Below are positions 1-10,711 of a DNA stretch of 64,000 bases, in pieces. Made by a program: the position numbers and the translations under genes. Source of the stretch: Phoronis australis (taxonomy: Eukaryota; Animalia; Phoronida); NCBI GenBank assembly GCA_002633005.1, contig NMRA01000083.1:1-64000 (forward strand). Reading direction: 5' to 3'. Under the pieces are notes generated by a model. It made no database searches. It was not told where the DNA came from and worked only from the letters and a program-made list of their open reading frames with translations. The first letter of the stretch is position 1. Every line of letters begins with the position of its first letter.

Positions 1-16
1 GGCGTTGCTCGCTTAA

Positions 17-545
17 AGGCGAAGGCAACATTTCTTCATGTCATTTTTAGCAAAAATAAGGTTCGTTGATTATCCCAGACATATTTTTCACTTATTTACT
101 GCTTTTCATAATTTAATTAATTACTCGTCGTCTACTCCGGAAGTGACGTTTGGGGAGGCAAGAATTTCGAGCCAATTTGTTTTCATTATAGTCTGACTAT
201 GAGAGCTGTCGAGTCAGTCATTGTTCAACCTCGGTTGTGATAAGTTCGGTCGTCGTTTGCTTTTGTTTACAGGTCAGTCAACATGCCACGATGTTGCTGC
301 GTGCCGGGATGTACTCATCTCCCACACGCGCTTTGGGTACCTTGCGTCGCTTTCCGAAGGACTCCGCCGTAGCCTACTTGGCTAGCTCGTTCATGTGAAG
401 AACGCAACGCTACCCCTCCACGCAACGTACAAAGCAGTGGAGGGTTACCGAATGTGTGGCAAGCATTTTCTGCCGTGAGATTACGACAGAGATATGTACG
501 TTGAATTGATAAAGGTCCCTGCGAAACAACGCCTGAAGAAGGGCG
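17..545 (+). mobile_element. Kolobok-like DNA transposon, left end plus degenerate THAP start (truncated copy 1)
   Basis: TTAA at 13-16 is followed by the terminus AGGCGAAGGCAAC, as in the copies at 10712 and 18243. ATG CCA CGA TGT TGC TGC GTG CCG GGA TGT (MPRCCCVPGC) starts at ~283. Similarity to copy 2 ends near 545. Confidence 0.8.
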
Positions 546-889
546 AGCTAAATAGGCATCCTAAAGGTTGTGCGAACTCATCAACTGTAGCAGCCAAGGG
601 TTGCTTCTCATTTTAAAATCATCTGAAAATGGAGACAAAAAGCAAAATGTTTTGTATTTGATAGTGATTTTATTTTGGTTTTAAAACTGTTTCACTTTCA
701 AAATTTTTAGTTGTTTTATATCTGAATATTTTCACGAACACCTGTTATTTTCAATATTTCCATTTTAAACACAATATATCTTCAAAATTGTTTTCTGAGA
801 TTTTCCTTTTGAACATATTTACTTTTCAAATAAATTTCGTTTCCTTTAAAAAGATATTGTTCTCTTAGCAATTAAATTACAATTTGCAA

Positions 890-1220
890 TTGGATGTTGT
901 ATGTCAACAAAGTAACCAACTATCTGTCCCTTTGTATAGCTTCCTGATTTGACCCCCTGTTGGGGCAGCTATTGGATGTTGGATGTCAACCAACTAACCA
1001 ACTATCTGTCTCTTTGTATAGCTTCGTGATTTAACCACCAGGAGGGGCAGCTATTAGATGTTAGATGTCAACCAACTAACCAACTATCTGTCCGTTTGTA
1101 TAGCTTCATGATTTGAACACTAGGTGGGGCAGCTATTGGATGTTGGATGTTAACCAACTAACTACATCTTACCTGTATCAGCCAGTGATCGTTTGACCAC
1201 CAAGTGGAACAGCTATTGGG
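890..1220. repeat. ~82-bp tandem satellite, left part (interrupted by BEL element)
   Basis: Units starting TT(G/A)GATGTT..ATGT(C/T)AAC at 890, 972, 1054 and 1136. The fifth unit starts at 1216 and is cut by the LTR. Confidence 0.9.
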
Positions 1221-1786
1221 TGTGGTCGCGAAAAACGTTAGAGCCACATGGAGAACTCGAGCATAAGTTGCGTTGACAAACTTTATTCGTTTCTTTCTTA
1301 TAGTTACTCGGTTCAACTGTAACATACAAAAAAAAGTTCTATGAGACAATTGAACAATACGTTGGTCGTTTACAAAGTTACAATACTAATATTAAACATT
1401 GCATATCTTCTTATTCGGACAACGTCAAACTACTTGAGGCAACGCTAATTAAAGTTACAGAGTACGCGTTACAATTACGTTGAAGCACTGACTATATACT
1501 GTAACAAAACTAAGTACAAAATACTTACACCAATTTGCGGCATAGATCACGACTAAACTCAAAACTCAAGATACATGTAAGGACGTTGAAGCACGAATGA
1601 GCTAAGCTGGCGCGCGTTACAGCTATAAACTATGGTGTGCCGAGCAGTTATACATATGCAAAATTCTATTGAAGAATTAGTCACGTGGAAAATATACGCG
1701 GTAGAAGCTGAAGAGCAAACACATAAACCACCAACAGATGGCGAATATAGTCAGACTACAAACACAAGAGTGCGTCGGCACTTACA
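1221..1786 (-). repeat. 3' LTR of BEL/Pao element (566 bp)
   Basis: Direct repeat of 6163-6726 with about ten substitutions and two 1-bp indels by eye. Plus strand runs TGTGG...TTACA. Confidence 0.95.
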
Positions 1787-1797
1787 CTCCGCCCTCA
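1787..1797 (-). other. Polypurine tract of BEL element
   Basis: Minus strand reads (T)GAGGGCGGAG immediately before the TGTAAG start of the 3' LTR. Confidence 0.8.
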
Positions 1798-1839
1798 GCA
1801 ATTCGTTGCTGAACAAATACTAACTCATAAGAAATAATA

Positions 1840-4800
1840 CTAATCAAGTGCACTATCAATCAAAAGCACACATTTACAAACAGGACGTCGAAGTTCCGTC
1901 ATCTGTGTCTTGACTCTCACGGTCCGTACAACACCAAAAGAATCAGGTTCCACAGCTATCACACGACCCATGTCCCAGTGGTTTCTTGGCACATTCTCGT
2001 TCATCAAAAGCACGACATCTCCCACTTGCAGGTTCCTTCTTGGCGTTAACCACTTCTGACGTTTCTGCAAATTCAAGAGATATTCACGTCTCCACCGGAC
2101 CCAAAACTGTTCCACGAGATATTGCACACGTTTCCATCGTTTACGGCAATACAGGTCGGCATCTAAAAACTGTCCGGGTGGTGATAAAACTGTCGACTTC
2201 AGTGTCAGCAGGTGACTCGGAGTTAATGGTTCCTGATCTCCAGGGGTGTCGGATATGGATGTCAGAGGACGTGAGTTAATAATGTTCTCAGTCTCACACA
2301 GCAGCGTACGGAAAATTTCGTCGTCGATTTGAGAACCGAACTGATGAAATAGCTGCATCAGAATCTTTCGGATCGTTCGTATCTGACTTTCCCAAACTCC
2401 GCCCATATGACTGCCGGCAGGAGGATTGAAATGCCACTTTATACCCTTCTTTAGTAGCGCGTTATGGATGGTGCCCTGGTCGATATTGGCAAGCGCTTCG
2501 CGAAGCTCTTTCTCTGCTCCAACAAAGTTGGTACCGTTATCGCTCCATATCTCCAAAACTGGTCCACGCCTGCACAAAAACCGCCTGAGTGCCTGAATAA
2601 ATGAATCAGTGTCAAGTGAATTAACAGATTCCAAATGTACTGCACGACTGGACAAACATGTGAAAATAACTCCGTAGCGTTTCAGCGTTGTTCTACGTAC
2701 CTTTATATAGAAAGGGCCAAAAAGATCCAAACCTGTGAAGCAAAATGGGCCTTCAACAGTTGTTCTGGCAAACGGCAGATCAGACATCTTCTGCTCACAC
2801 ACCGGGGCTCTTATCTTCTTACAGATAACACACTTACTAATGACCTCGCGAACTGCAGAATTCCCAGCTATGATCCAAAACCTTTCACGCGTGTCAGCTA
2901 GGACGTGGTTCCTGCCTGCGTGCTGCAATCGTTCGTGGTGACGACGGATTATCAGCGTAGTGACATGACTTCTGCGTGGAAGAAGGATCTGATGCATTTG
3001 GTCGTACGGCAAGTTGGATTTGCGTAGTCTACCACCAACTCTAACCAGCCCTGCGTCATCCAAAAACGGATCCAAACTGTGGATAGAGCTGTTCTTAGTT
3101 ACACCAGGCTTGTTCGGTCCACGGTTTTCTAAGGTGTTCACTTCTGCAGTGAAGTATTTACGCTGCGTGTATTTTAGGATGTAGAGCTCAGCTAACTGGA
3201 GCTCCTCCACACTTATTGGCTCCGCCCCACGAGACACAGTACCATGACGTCTTTTGAGGAGAACCTGACGAAGTCTCAGATAATGAACCACAGCTCTGCA
3301 AAGACGGTGCCAATCTGAAAAATAGTTAATAAGGTTATCAAATGGCAAACATGCAGAATCGCTAGAAACGTATGTCACTGCGGCGTTGACGGTGTCGGTG
3401 TCTCCTGGTTGATCGAACACGGATGGTTGGTCTACCCATTCGTTCTCAGGCTGCCACAAAAATCGAGATCCGTTCAACCAACTATCATCAGCAATAAACT
3501 TCTCAGCCTTAACACCTCTTGAACCAATATCGGCCGGATTACTCCGAGTATCCACAATTTCCAAAAATCGTCGGTCTTCATAAGATAAGCCCTTTTCGTC
3601 AGGAAATGCTGCGATACCATCACTGAAATCCTTCTCAAACACATTCAGGACAGCTGTAGAAGAGATGGATGTACTGTCGCTCATTGGTGTCGGTACTAAT
3701 TCTCTAATACCAATACGGTTGCAAATCAAACTGTAACATGTCGTAGCTTCCATGGGTCCATTCACCGTCCACCCATGCTTCAGTAGAACACCATACGGAC
3801 CTCCATCTACTGTCGACGATACATCTCGAGGCTTAAGTGCTTCCGGGCAACTGTTGCCGATCAGAAGTCCAATCTCTAACTTGGGGGAGTACTCTGGAAC
3901 CTTGGTGGCTAGCTCAGCAAGATGAGGAAACTGCCTCAATACACCTGGGCGGGGAATGTGCTCGCGGCTAACGGAGATCTCTGGTCTGCTATAGGCCTTC
4001 GGCAACATCACAGCATTTTCTCCGCAAGCGTCACTCACGATTAATCCTTCGACGACCTTAGAAGAGATGACGTCACGTCCGTGCATGGTATGCATTTGCA
4101 AGTTAGCTTCGTAGTACGTCGCAGTCAGTCTGTCGAGCAAATCTTCCTTGATGAAGCATGCACTGCTGCCGTTGTCATAAAAGGCGTAGGTGTTAATCGT
4201 TTTACCATCACCTTGTCGCACTTGTACTGGTAATATAGACTGTAGAACTGATGCGTTTCCATCAATGGCGTTAGTACTACACGTCTGGGTAGCAACATCT
4301 GAAGCGGTCGCTTGAGTATTTCTTGAAGCTTCTGCATTCCCGATGCGAAAGTTATTGTCGTGGAGCGTCGTTGGATGCTTACCATTACACTGTCCACATG
4401 TTCTCTTCTTGCTGCACCCTCTGGACATGTGGGACGCGCTAAAACAGGCAAAACACAGACGCTTGTCCTTTAGAAACGAACGCCTGTCAGTAAGAGACTT
4501 CTGCAAAAATCGAGAACATTTTTCTAAGTCATGTTGTTGGTTGCAGAGGGGACAAAATGTTCGTTGGTTGGCATGTGATCCGCGACTAGAACCCACCTCA
4601 GTGGCAAATGACGTGTTACGGGGCGACTTCTTTTGTTGGTGCATAGAATTGGATACTGGTGTGCGAGAAAGTGCTTCCTTACCGTAAACTGGATGGCAGG
4701 CGGTCTCTGAAGTCTGCTGGACGAATATAGCGAGGTCAGCAAACATCGGCGATCGAGATAGTCTCTCCATGGCAGATACCTTCTTTCGCCAATCATTCTG

Positions 4801-6147
4801 CATATACATCGGAAGTTTTCTCACAACAGCTTGTAAGTTCGGCGGATGATTCAATACCTCCAAATGAGGAACACCTCTCATGGCACACGAACACTTCTGT
4901 AGAAATAGACCTAACTCCTTAAGACTGGAAATGTCGTCTTGTCGAATTAACGGCCATCTTAGCACCCTGTCAACATAAGCATTGGATACTTTAACTGGAT
5001 CACCATATTCTTTGTCTAACAAATCTCGAGCAGCTTGATAACTACAGTCTGGATGCATGTACAGGCAGCCACCAATCAGACGTTTAGGCTCACCGATAAG
5101 ATGCTGTTCTAAATAATACAGCTTGTCAGAATTGCTTGTGATGCGTGATGCAATCCTAGCTTCAAAAGCCAAAGTCCAAGCTTTGTATTCCAATACATCA
5201 CCTTCAAATCTTGGGACTTCAGTATTAGGTAAACTAATGAAATTGGTCAAATGACGAAATGCGTCCAGCACAGCGTCTTGATTATAAGAAGGTGTAAATA
5301 CCTGAGCGCTTGGATTAAGCGGATGCTGACTGTGAAAAGCGTTGGTGGTGTTGACTGGTATACCTGTGGCTACAATCGGCAGAGATCCACTGCTGACGCA
5401 TGGTGGCGTTGATGACTGGTCTTTAAACAAAGGCACAGACGGGTGTGACGTAACACCAGCACAGTCACCGGATGATAAGGGCGGCATGGCATACAGCATA
5501 GAAGACTGAAGTTGCGACGTCATGGCAACACTAACACTTGAACAAGGAACAATTACGTCAGAGTTCGCACTTGGAACTACTTGGCTTGAACTATGAACTG
5601 TTACGTAAGAAGGCGCACTTGGAACAAGAGACTGCGATGAGACAATAGACTGCTCACACGTACCTGCATGGTTACCAGCAGACTCTGTCGGTGCTACGAG
5701 CAAAACCGAGTCGGTTGACACAACACTGTCTGATAAACTTTCAGATAAACCCTTCTCATAGGCTGAAGCAACTTGTAAATCTGTAGCAATTTTCCGTTCC
5801 TCCAATTCCAGCTCTAATTGTTTGATGCTCATCTTCAATTTGTGCTCAGTTTTTGCAGCGGCTAGGCGTGCCTCAAGCTCAGCTTTCTTGGCTTTAGCGT
5901 TCGAAAGTTTTAACATAGTTTTAGATGACACAGCAGATACAGACGAATATGCAGAGAATGACGACTTCACGCTTTTCGAGTCGTTCCACTCCTCGTCAGG
6001 CATGTTCGGAATAATTGAGTCGACGTCGCCAGGTATGTTCGGTATGGAGTCGACGTCGGTGTACCCCATGGCATACTGCGTTGCCGTTAGCTTAGGCTTG
6101 ACACCAGCTTCATGGCTAATGGCGGTGGGCGTTGACATCTCAGCCAT
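1840..6147 (-). CDS. BEL/Pao Gag-protease-integrase polyprotein lacking RT and most RNase H
   Basis: The frame is open from 6267 (inside the LTR); the first ATG after the LTR is at 6147 (MAEMSTP). Gag core VPRFEGDVLEY..KLYYLEQHL. Three Zn knuckles (CPLC..H..C, CFAC..H..C, CGQC..H..LH). Protease AFYDNGS. RNase H tail NPADIGSRG. Integrase HH..HAG..CVIC, GLDLFGP, SDNG, GGVWES. C-terminal FWVRWRREYL..GDVVLL..GVVRTVRV. Confidence 0.9.
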   Translation of the reverse strand: MAEMSTPTAISHEAGVKPKLTATQYAMGYTDVDSIPNIPGDVDSIIPNMPDEEWNDSKSVKSSFSAYSSVSAVSSKTMLKLSNAKAKKAELEARLAAAKTEHKLKMSIKQLELELEERKIATDLQVASAYEKGLSESLSDSVVSTDSVLLVAPTESAGNHAGTCEQSIVSSQSLVPSAPSYVTVHSSSQVVPSANSDVIVPCSSVSVAMTSQLQSSMLYAMPPLSSGDCAGVTSHPSVPLFKDQSSTPPCVSSGSLPIVATGIPVNTTNAFHSQHPLNPSAQVFTPSYNQDAVLDAFRHLTNFISLPNTEVPRFEGDVLEYKAWTLAFEARIASRITSNSDKLYYLEQHLIGEPKRLIGGCLYMHPDCSYQAARDLLDKEYGDPVKVSNAYVDRVLRWPLIRQDDISSLKELGLFLQKCSCAMRGVPHLEVLNHPPNLQAVVRKLPMYMQNDWRKKVSAMERLSRSPMFADLAIFVQQTSETACHPVYGKEALSRTPVSNSMHQQKKSPRNTSFATEVGSSRGSHANQRTFCPLCNQQHDLEKCSRFLQKSLTDRRSFLKDKRLCFACFSASHMSRGCSKKRTCGQCNGKHPTTLHDNNFRIGNAEASRNTQATASDVATQTCSTNAIDGNASVLQSILPVQVRQGDGKTINTYAFYDNGSSACFIKEDLLDRLTATYYEANLQMHTMHGRDVISSKVVEGLIVSDACGENAVMLPKAYSRPEISVSREHIPRPGVLRQFPHLAELATKVPEYSPKLEIGLLIGNSCPEALKPRDVSSTVDGGPYGVLLKHGWTVNGPMEATTCYSLICNRIGIRELVPTPMSDSTSISSTAVLNVFEKDFSDGIAAFPDEKGLSYEDRRFLEIVDTRSNPADIGSRGVKAEKFIADDSWLNGSRFLWQPENEWVDQPSVFDQPGDTDTVNAAVTYVSSDSACLPFDNLINYFSDWHRLCRAVVHYLRLRQVLLKRRHGTVSRGAEPISVEELQLAELYILKYTQRKYFTAEVNTLENRGPNKPGVTKNSSIHSLDPFLDDAGLVRVGGRLRKSNLPYDQMHQILLPRRSHVTTLIIRRHHERLQHAGRNHVLADTRERFWIIAGNSAVREVISKCVICKKIRAPVCEQKMSDLPFARTTVEGPFCFTGLDLFGPFYIKVRRTTLKRYGVIFTCLSSRAVHLESVNSLDTDSFIQALRRFLCRRGPVLEIWSDNGTNFVGAEKELREALANIDQGTIHNALLKKGIKWHFNPPAGSHMGGVWESQIRTIRKILMQLFHQFGSQIDDEIFRTLLCETENIINSRPLTSISDTPGDQEPLTPSHLLTLKSTVLSPPGQFLDADLYCRKRWKRVQYLVEQFWVRWRREYLLNLQKRQKWLTPRRNLQVGDVVLLMNENVPRNHWDMGRVIAVEPDSFGVVRTVRVKTQMTELRRPVCKCVLLIDSALD

Positions 6148-6162
6148 TGGTTTGAACAACAA

Positions 6163-6726
6163 TGTGGTCGCGAAAATCGTTAAAGCCACATGGAGAACTC
6201 GAGCATAAGTTGCGTTGACAAACTTTATTCGTTTCTTTCTTATAGTTACTCGGTTCAACTGTAACATACAAAAAACGTTCTATGAGACAATTGAACAATA
6301 CGTTGGTCGTTTACAAAGTTACAATACTAACGTTAAACATTGCATATATTCTTATTCGGACAACGTCAAACTACTAGAGGCAACGCTAATTAAAGTTACA
6401 GAGTACGCGTTACAATTACGTTGAAGTACTGACTATATACTGTAACAAAACTAAGTACAAAATACTTACACCAATTTGCGGCATAGATCACGACTAAACT
6501 CAAACTCAAGATACATGTAAGAACGTTGAAGCACGAATGAGCTAAGCTGGCGCGCGTTACAGCTATAAACTATGGTGTGCCGAGCAGTTATACATATGCA
6601 AAATTCTATTGAAGAATTAGTCACGTGGAAAATATACGCGGTAGAAGCTGAAGAGCAAACACATAAACCACCAACAGATGGCGAATATAGTCAGACTACA
6701 AACACAAGAGTGCGTCGGCACTTACA
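6163..6726 (-). repeat. 5' LTR of BEL/Pao element (564 bp)
   Basis: Near-identical to 1221-1786 and followed by TSD TTGGG. Confidence 0.95.
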
Positions 6727-6965
6727 TTGGGTGTTAGATGTCAACCAACCAACAAACTATCTGTCCCTTTGTATATGTTTATGATTTGACCACCAGGTGG
6801 GGCAGCTATTGGATGTTCGATGTTAGCCAACTAACTACATCTTACCTGTACCTGCCAGGGATCGGTTGACCGCTAGACGCAGCAGCTAATGGATGTTAGA
6901 TGTCAACCAACTAACAACACCTTAGCTTTATCAGCCAGTGATCGGTTGACCACCAGGTGGAGCAG
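6727..6965. repeat. ~82-bp tandem satellite, right part
   Basis: The array continues with units starting at 6727, 6809 and 6889. Confidence 0.9.
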
Positions 6966-7799
6966 TCTCTCAGTGAGTTCCGACGAGATTTGTGAACCCG
7001 AGGAGTCCATAGCGAACCGAGTGCACATTATCCAGTCACCTTTCATCGACGCTGGCTGTGTGCCACGATCAACCGGTACGGCTTACTCTTGATTGAGGTG
7101 CTACAGGAAACATGATACACGAATCTTGTGCCTGATCACTCGGTACACCTATCGTCCCCAACACACAGTATGCTTGCCAAGCTGATGGTGTCTCCCCACT
7201 TGATTTTGTCGGCGAAACCTAGATCACTTTCATGCTTGATAGCCACATATTGGTTTTCGAGGTCCTGGTCATTAAGACACTTTATGTAGACGTCCTTGCT
7301 GCTACTCATTCATGGTGAGAAACAACATCTCTGTGCACCCAGCTAAGAAAGAGGTTGGTGTAGGAGAAGTCCGAATGTCTATGGCTATGATCACTCTAAG
7401 TCTTTGTCAAGACAGCCACTTGTCCGTAGAACAGACACGTTCTGTGTGTCCCCCCCCCCTTCAGCCACTGTGGTATGGCTAGAAGACAGCCTCGACATTG
7501 AAGTCCCAGCTGATTTACTTGGACATAACCAGGAGATAATAATTGAACCCCGAACAGATTCCACAAGTGCCCGATGTTGCGTGATCTGGTACTCCCAATG
7601 GATTATTGCCTTCTCTGCAGCATTTCTTGTATTCAGAAATCCTGGTTTCCTGTAGCCTTGAGTTGCTTAAACCCTTCACACCATGGTCATAAATGCTTGA
7701 ATTCGTTTACCCACAATTTTGATATGGTATTTTAAGTATTTCTTCTTCAAAATGAGTACTTTTAATCAAAAAATAAAAGCAAAAATTAAAAATTAAATA

Positions 7800-8800
7800 A
7801 TTTGTTTGTGTGACGTCAACAGTGGATACGGTCTTCGACATTATGTTGTTCTACACCAGCCGCGAGCCGTACTAGTCTCGAAAACTGAGTTCGACGGATT
7901 ATTATGAAAAGTTGCATGTGCGGAGGATGCAGGACGGACAATATTTCAGTTTTTGGGATTCCAAATTACCCCAAGATCGTCCAGAAATGGGACAGGCCTT
8001 TACGTCGGACACGGGTATGGAGGTGCGAGCGATCAGTTGAGGGGCCTCGCTGTGCTCAGCCCAGTTTGAAGAATCGTGCTTCAATCCGTCGCAGAAACGG
8101 ACATTTGATGAAGTTTTCTCCAACGTGTAAGTGCATTTGATGGAAAGAAAGTGTATTGCGTTGTACCGATCATTGCTGGGAACGTAGTTATATGAGCCTC
8201 AGCGTCAAATTGTGACTGAGACAATGAATGTGGCTACAGTAAGTTTCCATCAGTCTGTTTTTACTCAAGATTTTGTGGGAATCCATGCTATTCACATGTA
8301 CGCCAATGCCCAATGGTAAAAAATGGGATGTAGATGCCACGGCTATTCGCGACTGAGCTTTGACAGTCCGGGTAAAAACTTCGGTTAGATTTACAATTCG
8401 AGACGCACATTACTCGACACTTGAGTGGTTAGAAATTGAATCGTGATTCAATAGATGACTTTAATTGCCACTTTGAAACCAGGGCTGTCTGCAGAGTGAG
8501 TAGCCTCCGACTCGCTTTCACTCGCAGAAGACGCCGGTGCAGGAGGGTAGAACCGGTACGGCCTCAAACACGCAAAGTTTGCCGATATGGCGAGGTCTAA
8601 TTCATTACCTGTTTCACCTATGGCCTGAGTGTGGTCTTCACCCCCATTTCCATACCTGTCTTCAAAAATACCCGTCAAGCTCATTCTCTAAGTCAGCGGA
8701 ACTTAATTACAAAATCCATACTATCTGCCGATTGCATATATACTGTCAACTGATGAACGTCTTCCACTGATGACATCACGTAGCGGGAAACCGAAAAATT
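7800..8800 (+). mobile_element. Degenerate THAP-bearing non-autonomous DNA transposon (possibly Kolobok-related)
   Basis: Frameshifted THAP-like reading from 7904 (MKSCMCGGC..VFGIP..QKW..LCSAQFEESCF). Convergent minus ORF 8448-8684 with PYRFYP plus an S/E-rich tract. Inverted motif GTGA(C/T)GTCA(A/T)CAGTGGA at ~7810 and ~8762-8779. Confidence 0.5.
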
Positions 8801-10711
8801 ATTCATTTTTCTTTAAAATTTAAATTTCCTCAATTATTTCTCAAGATAAGTGCCATGGAGCGTTCATAGCTGACTGTGGGTCAGAGGATACGCAGCCACA
8901 AGGGATGACATACTTACCGGGTTCCAATACCACAAACAGTTGATGCTCTTAGAGACAATTTTTAGGCTGACATGAATAATTCATGTGATTCCTAAAGAAA
9001 TATTTCGATTTGTGAATGATTTCTAGGTAACTTGGTTCGAGACTGTATGAAGCGGTCGAACCGAAAATCCTTTTTCCACTTTGAAGACAAAAGCTTACAC
9101 CACAAGAAAGACATCGATATTTCAAAATACAAAAATGAAAAAACTATCAAAATCGCATGGTGCACTCAAAAGTTGTGTCAAATTTTGACTCACTATTTTG
9201 ATTGAGCCGGCCATCTTGCAATATTAGCGGCATAGATTACGAGTTTAAAAGCGATTAAACATTATTTTCACAAATATTCTAGCAGTGAAATTTAATGAAA
9301 GATATCTTTACCTAACATTCTGTACAATTCAAGAGTTTAGTAATACACCAGAATTTAATCACGCAGATGTAATTTATTGAGTGGTTAAAGTGCTCACAAT
9401 TCACGTTGGACAATATGGCGACTTTTGCTGAACTGAAAGGCATGTTCAACCGGCTATTTTGTCATTGGTGAAGATTTAACTATAAAACATTTGTGAACAC
9501 ACTGCTAAAAAACAGTTTTGTACAATTTCCCGGTGCTTGTGCCTAACTATTATGAATCTTCTATATATTTCAATGTGAAGTGACCATTCAATTGACCTTT
9601 GCACTCTGCTAAAAAACTGTTGAAATTGTTTTGAAATTTTTTTGTATGAAAGTCAACTTTTGTTCAAAGTATGATTATGTGTCACAACAGGACACATATT
9701 TTTCTAAATTTTATGCATAAAGTGTGCTTTTTATTAGTGTCTTGTAACTTGTAATATATCACAGCAACAAAATGTGAAAAATCTTACTTGATTTATAGAA
9801 ATGGGTTACATTTGGATTACGAAGTGTGAAGCGCATTGGAATCCTTCTGCTTCATAGTTTCATATTTTTATTATCATGCTTGCCAAATTCTTGTTCAAAG
9901 AGGAAACGCTTTATGGTACTCAATCGCCATGGTAACAATTATGCAAGTCTACTTTTATACTTAACGTGAGCTGAGTTCAGCCTGTATTGCTGAAGTATTC
10001 CTAAGTACATTCTTAGTTACTTCTTGTGGCAAAGGACGGTTAGGAGCATTTTAGTTTGCGGGTAAATTTGTACTGAGATTACTTTGCTTAGTGTAAGCCT
10101 TAACTACAATGAAATTTTGAAACCCGTGCGTCCAATATTCTTAAGAGATGTCATTTTTATCTCTTATGTGAGCGTGACAACGAGGGACAAAATCAGATTT
10201 GGATGGAATCGATTAAACGATTAGCACCTGTAAGAATGACAACACTCAGATTAAAGTGACTTTATAGATTTTATGTTATGATTATCAGGTACAGTGCAAT
10301 AAGGTGGACGTTACCAGGGCACAGTGTCAGTTAGCAGCTAACGGGGGATTGGCACGCGCACAGTTTAGACTCATTCGAAAACAAGCATGTATATAATATC
10401 AGTTTTTGGCCAAATTAGAAGTAAGAAGTGGAAAACAAAAACGATGCTTGAGTGCAGCAGCATTTAAATGACGTTACGAAGGTCATCCTCAGGTACAATA
10501 GTAGACAGAAAACAAAATATCGTAACAAAATATTAGATTAATATACCAACAAACTCAGGCAAATGGAGGTGTCCGAAATGATGATCCGTTGGATTCTAGT
10601 CTTGATGGATACCCGCAGATGTCAACTCAAATTCGGCAAGTGGAAGTCTAGCATCTTTGAAGCAAGCTCAGGCCTCCCGCAAGTGTTCCCTCTCAGCTCA
10701 GTGCTCTTTAA

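Larger units (their letters stand above)
1221..6726 (-). mobile_element. BEL/Pao LTR retrotransposon, internally deleted (no RT, almost no RNase H)
   Basis: Two TG...CA LTRs (1221-1786 and 6163-6726). 5-bp TSD TTGGG at 1216-1220 and 6727-6731. Polypurine tract next to the 3' LTR. Gag-PR-IN ORF with BEL-type motifs. Confidence 0.95.

Noticed and set aside
890-1220. Regularly spaced repeats resembling a CRISPR array
   Set aside because: The whole 82-bp unit is repeated, there are no unique spacers or cas genes, and the context is eukaryotic.
1158-1823. Small ORFs duplicated at 6215-6784
   Set aside because: They are incidental frames inside the two LTRs.
6148-6267. First 40 codons of the 1475-aa ORF
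   Set aside because: The annotated start lies inside the 5' LTR. The ATG at 6147, just after the LTR, is the more plausible start.
6970-7650. Coding-like minus-strand segment, possibly a Kolobok accessory gene remnant
   Set aside because: Only a vague resemblance (KCLN..RHKIR..FP) with many stops. Not supportable without a search.
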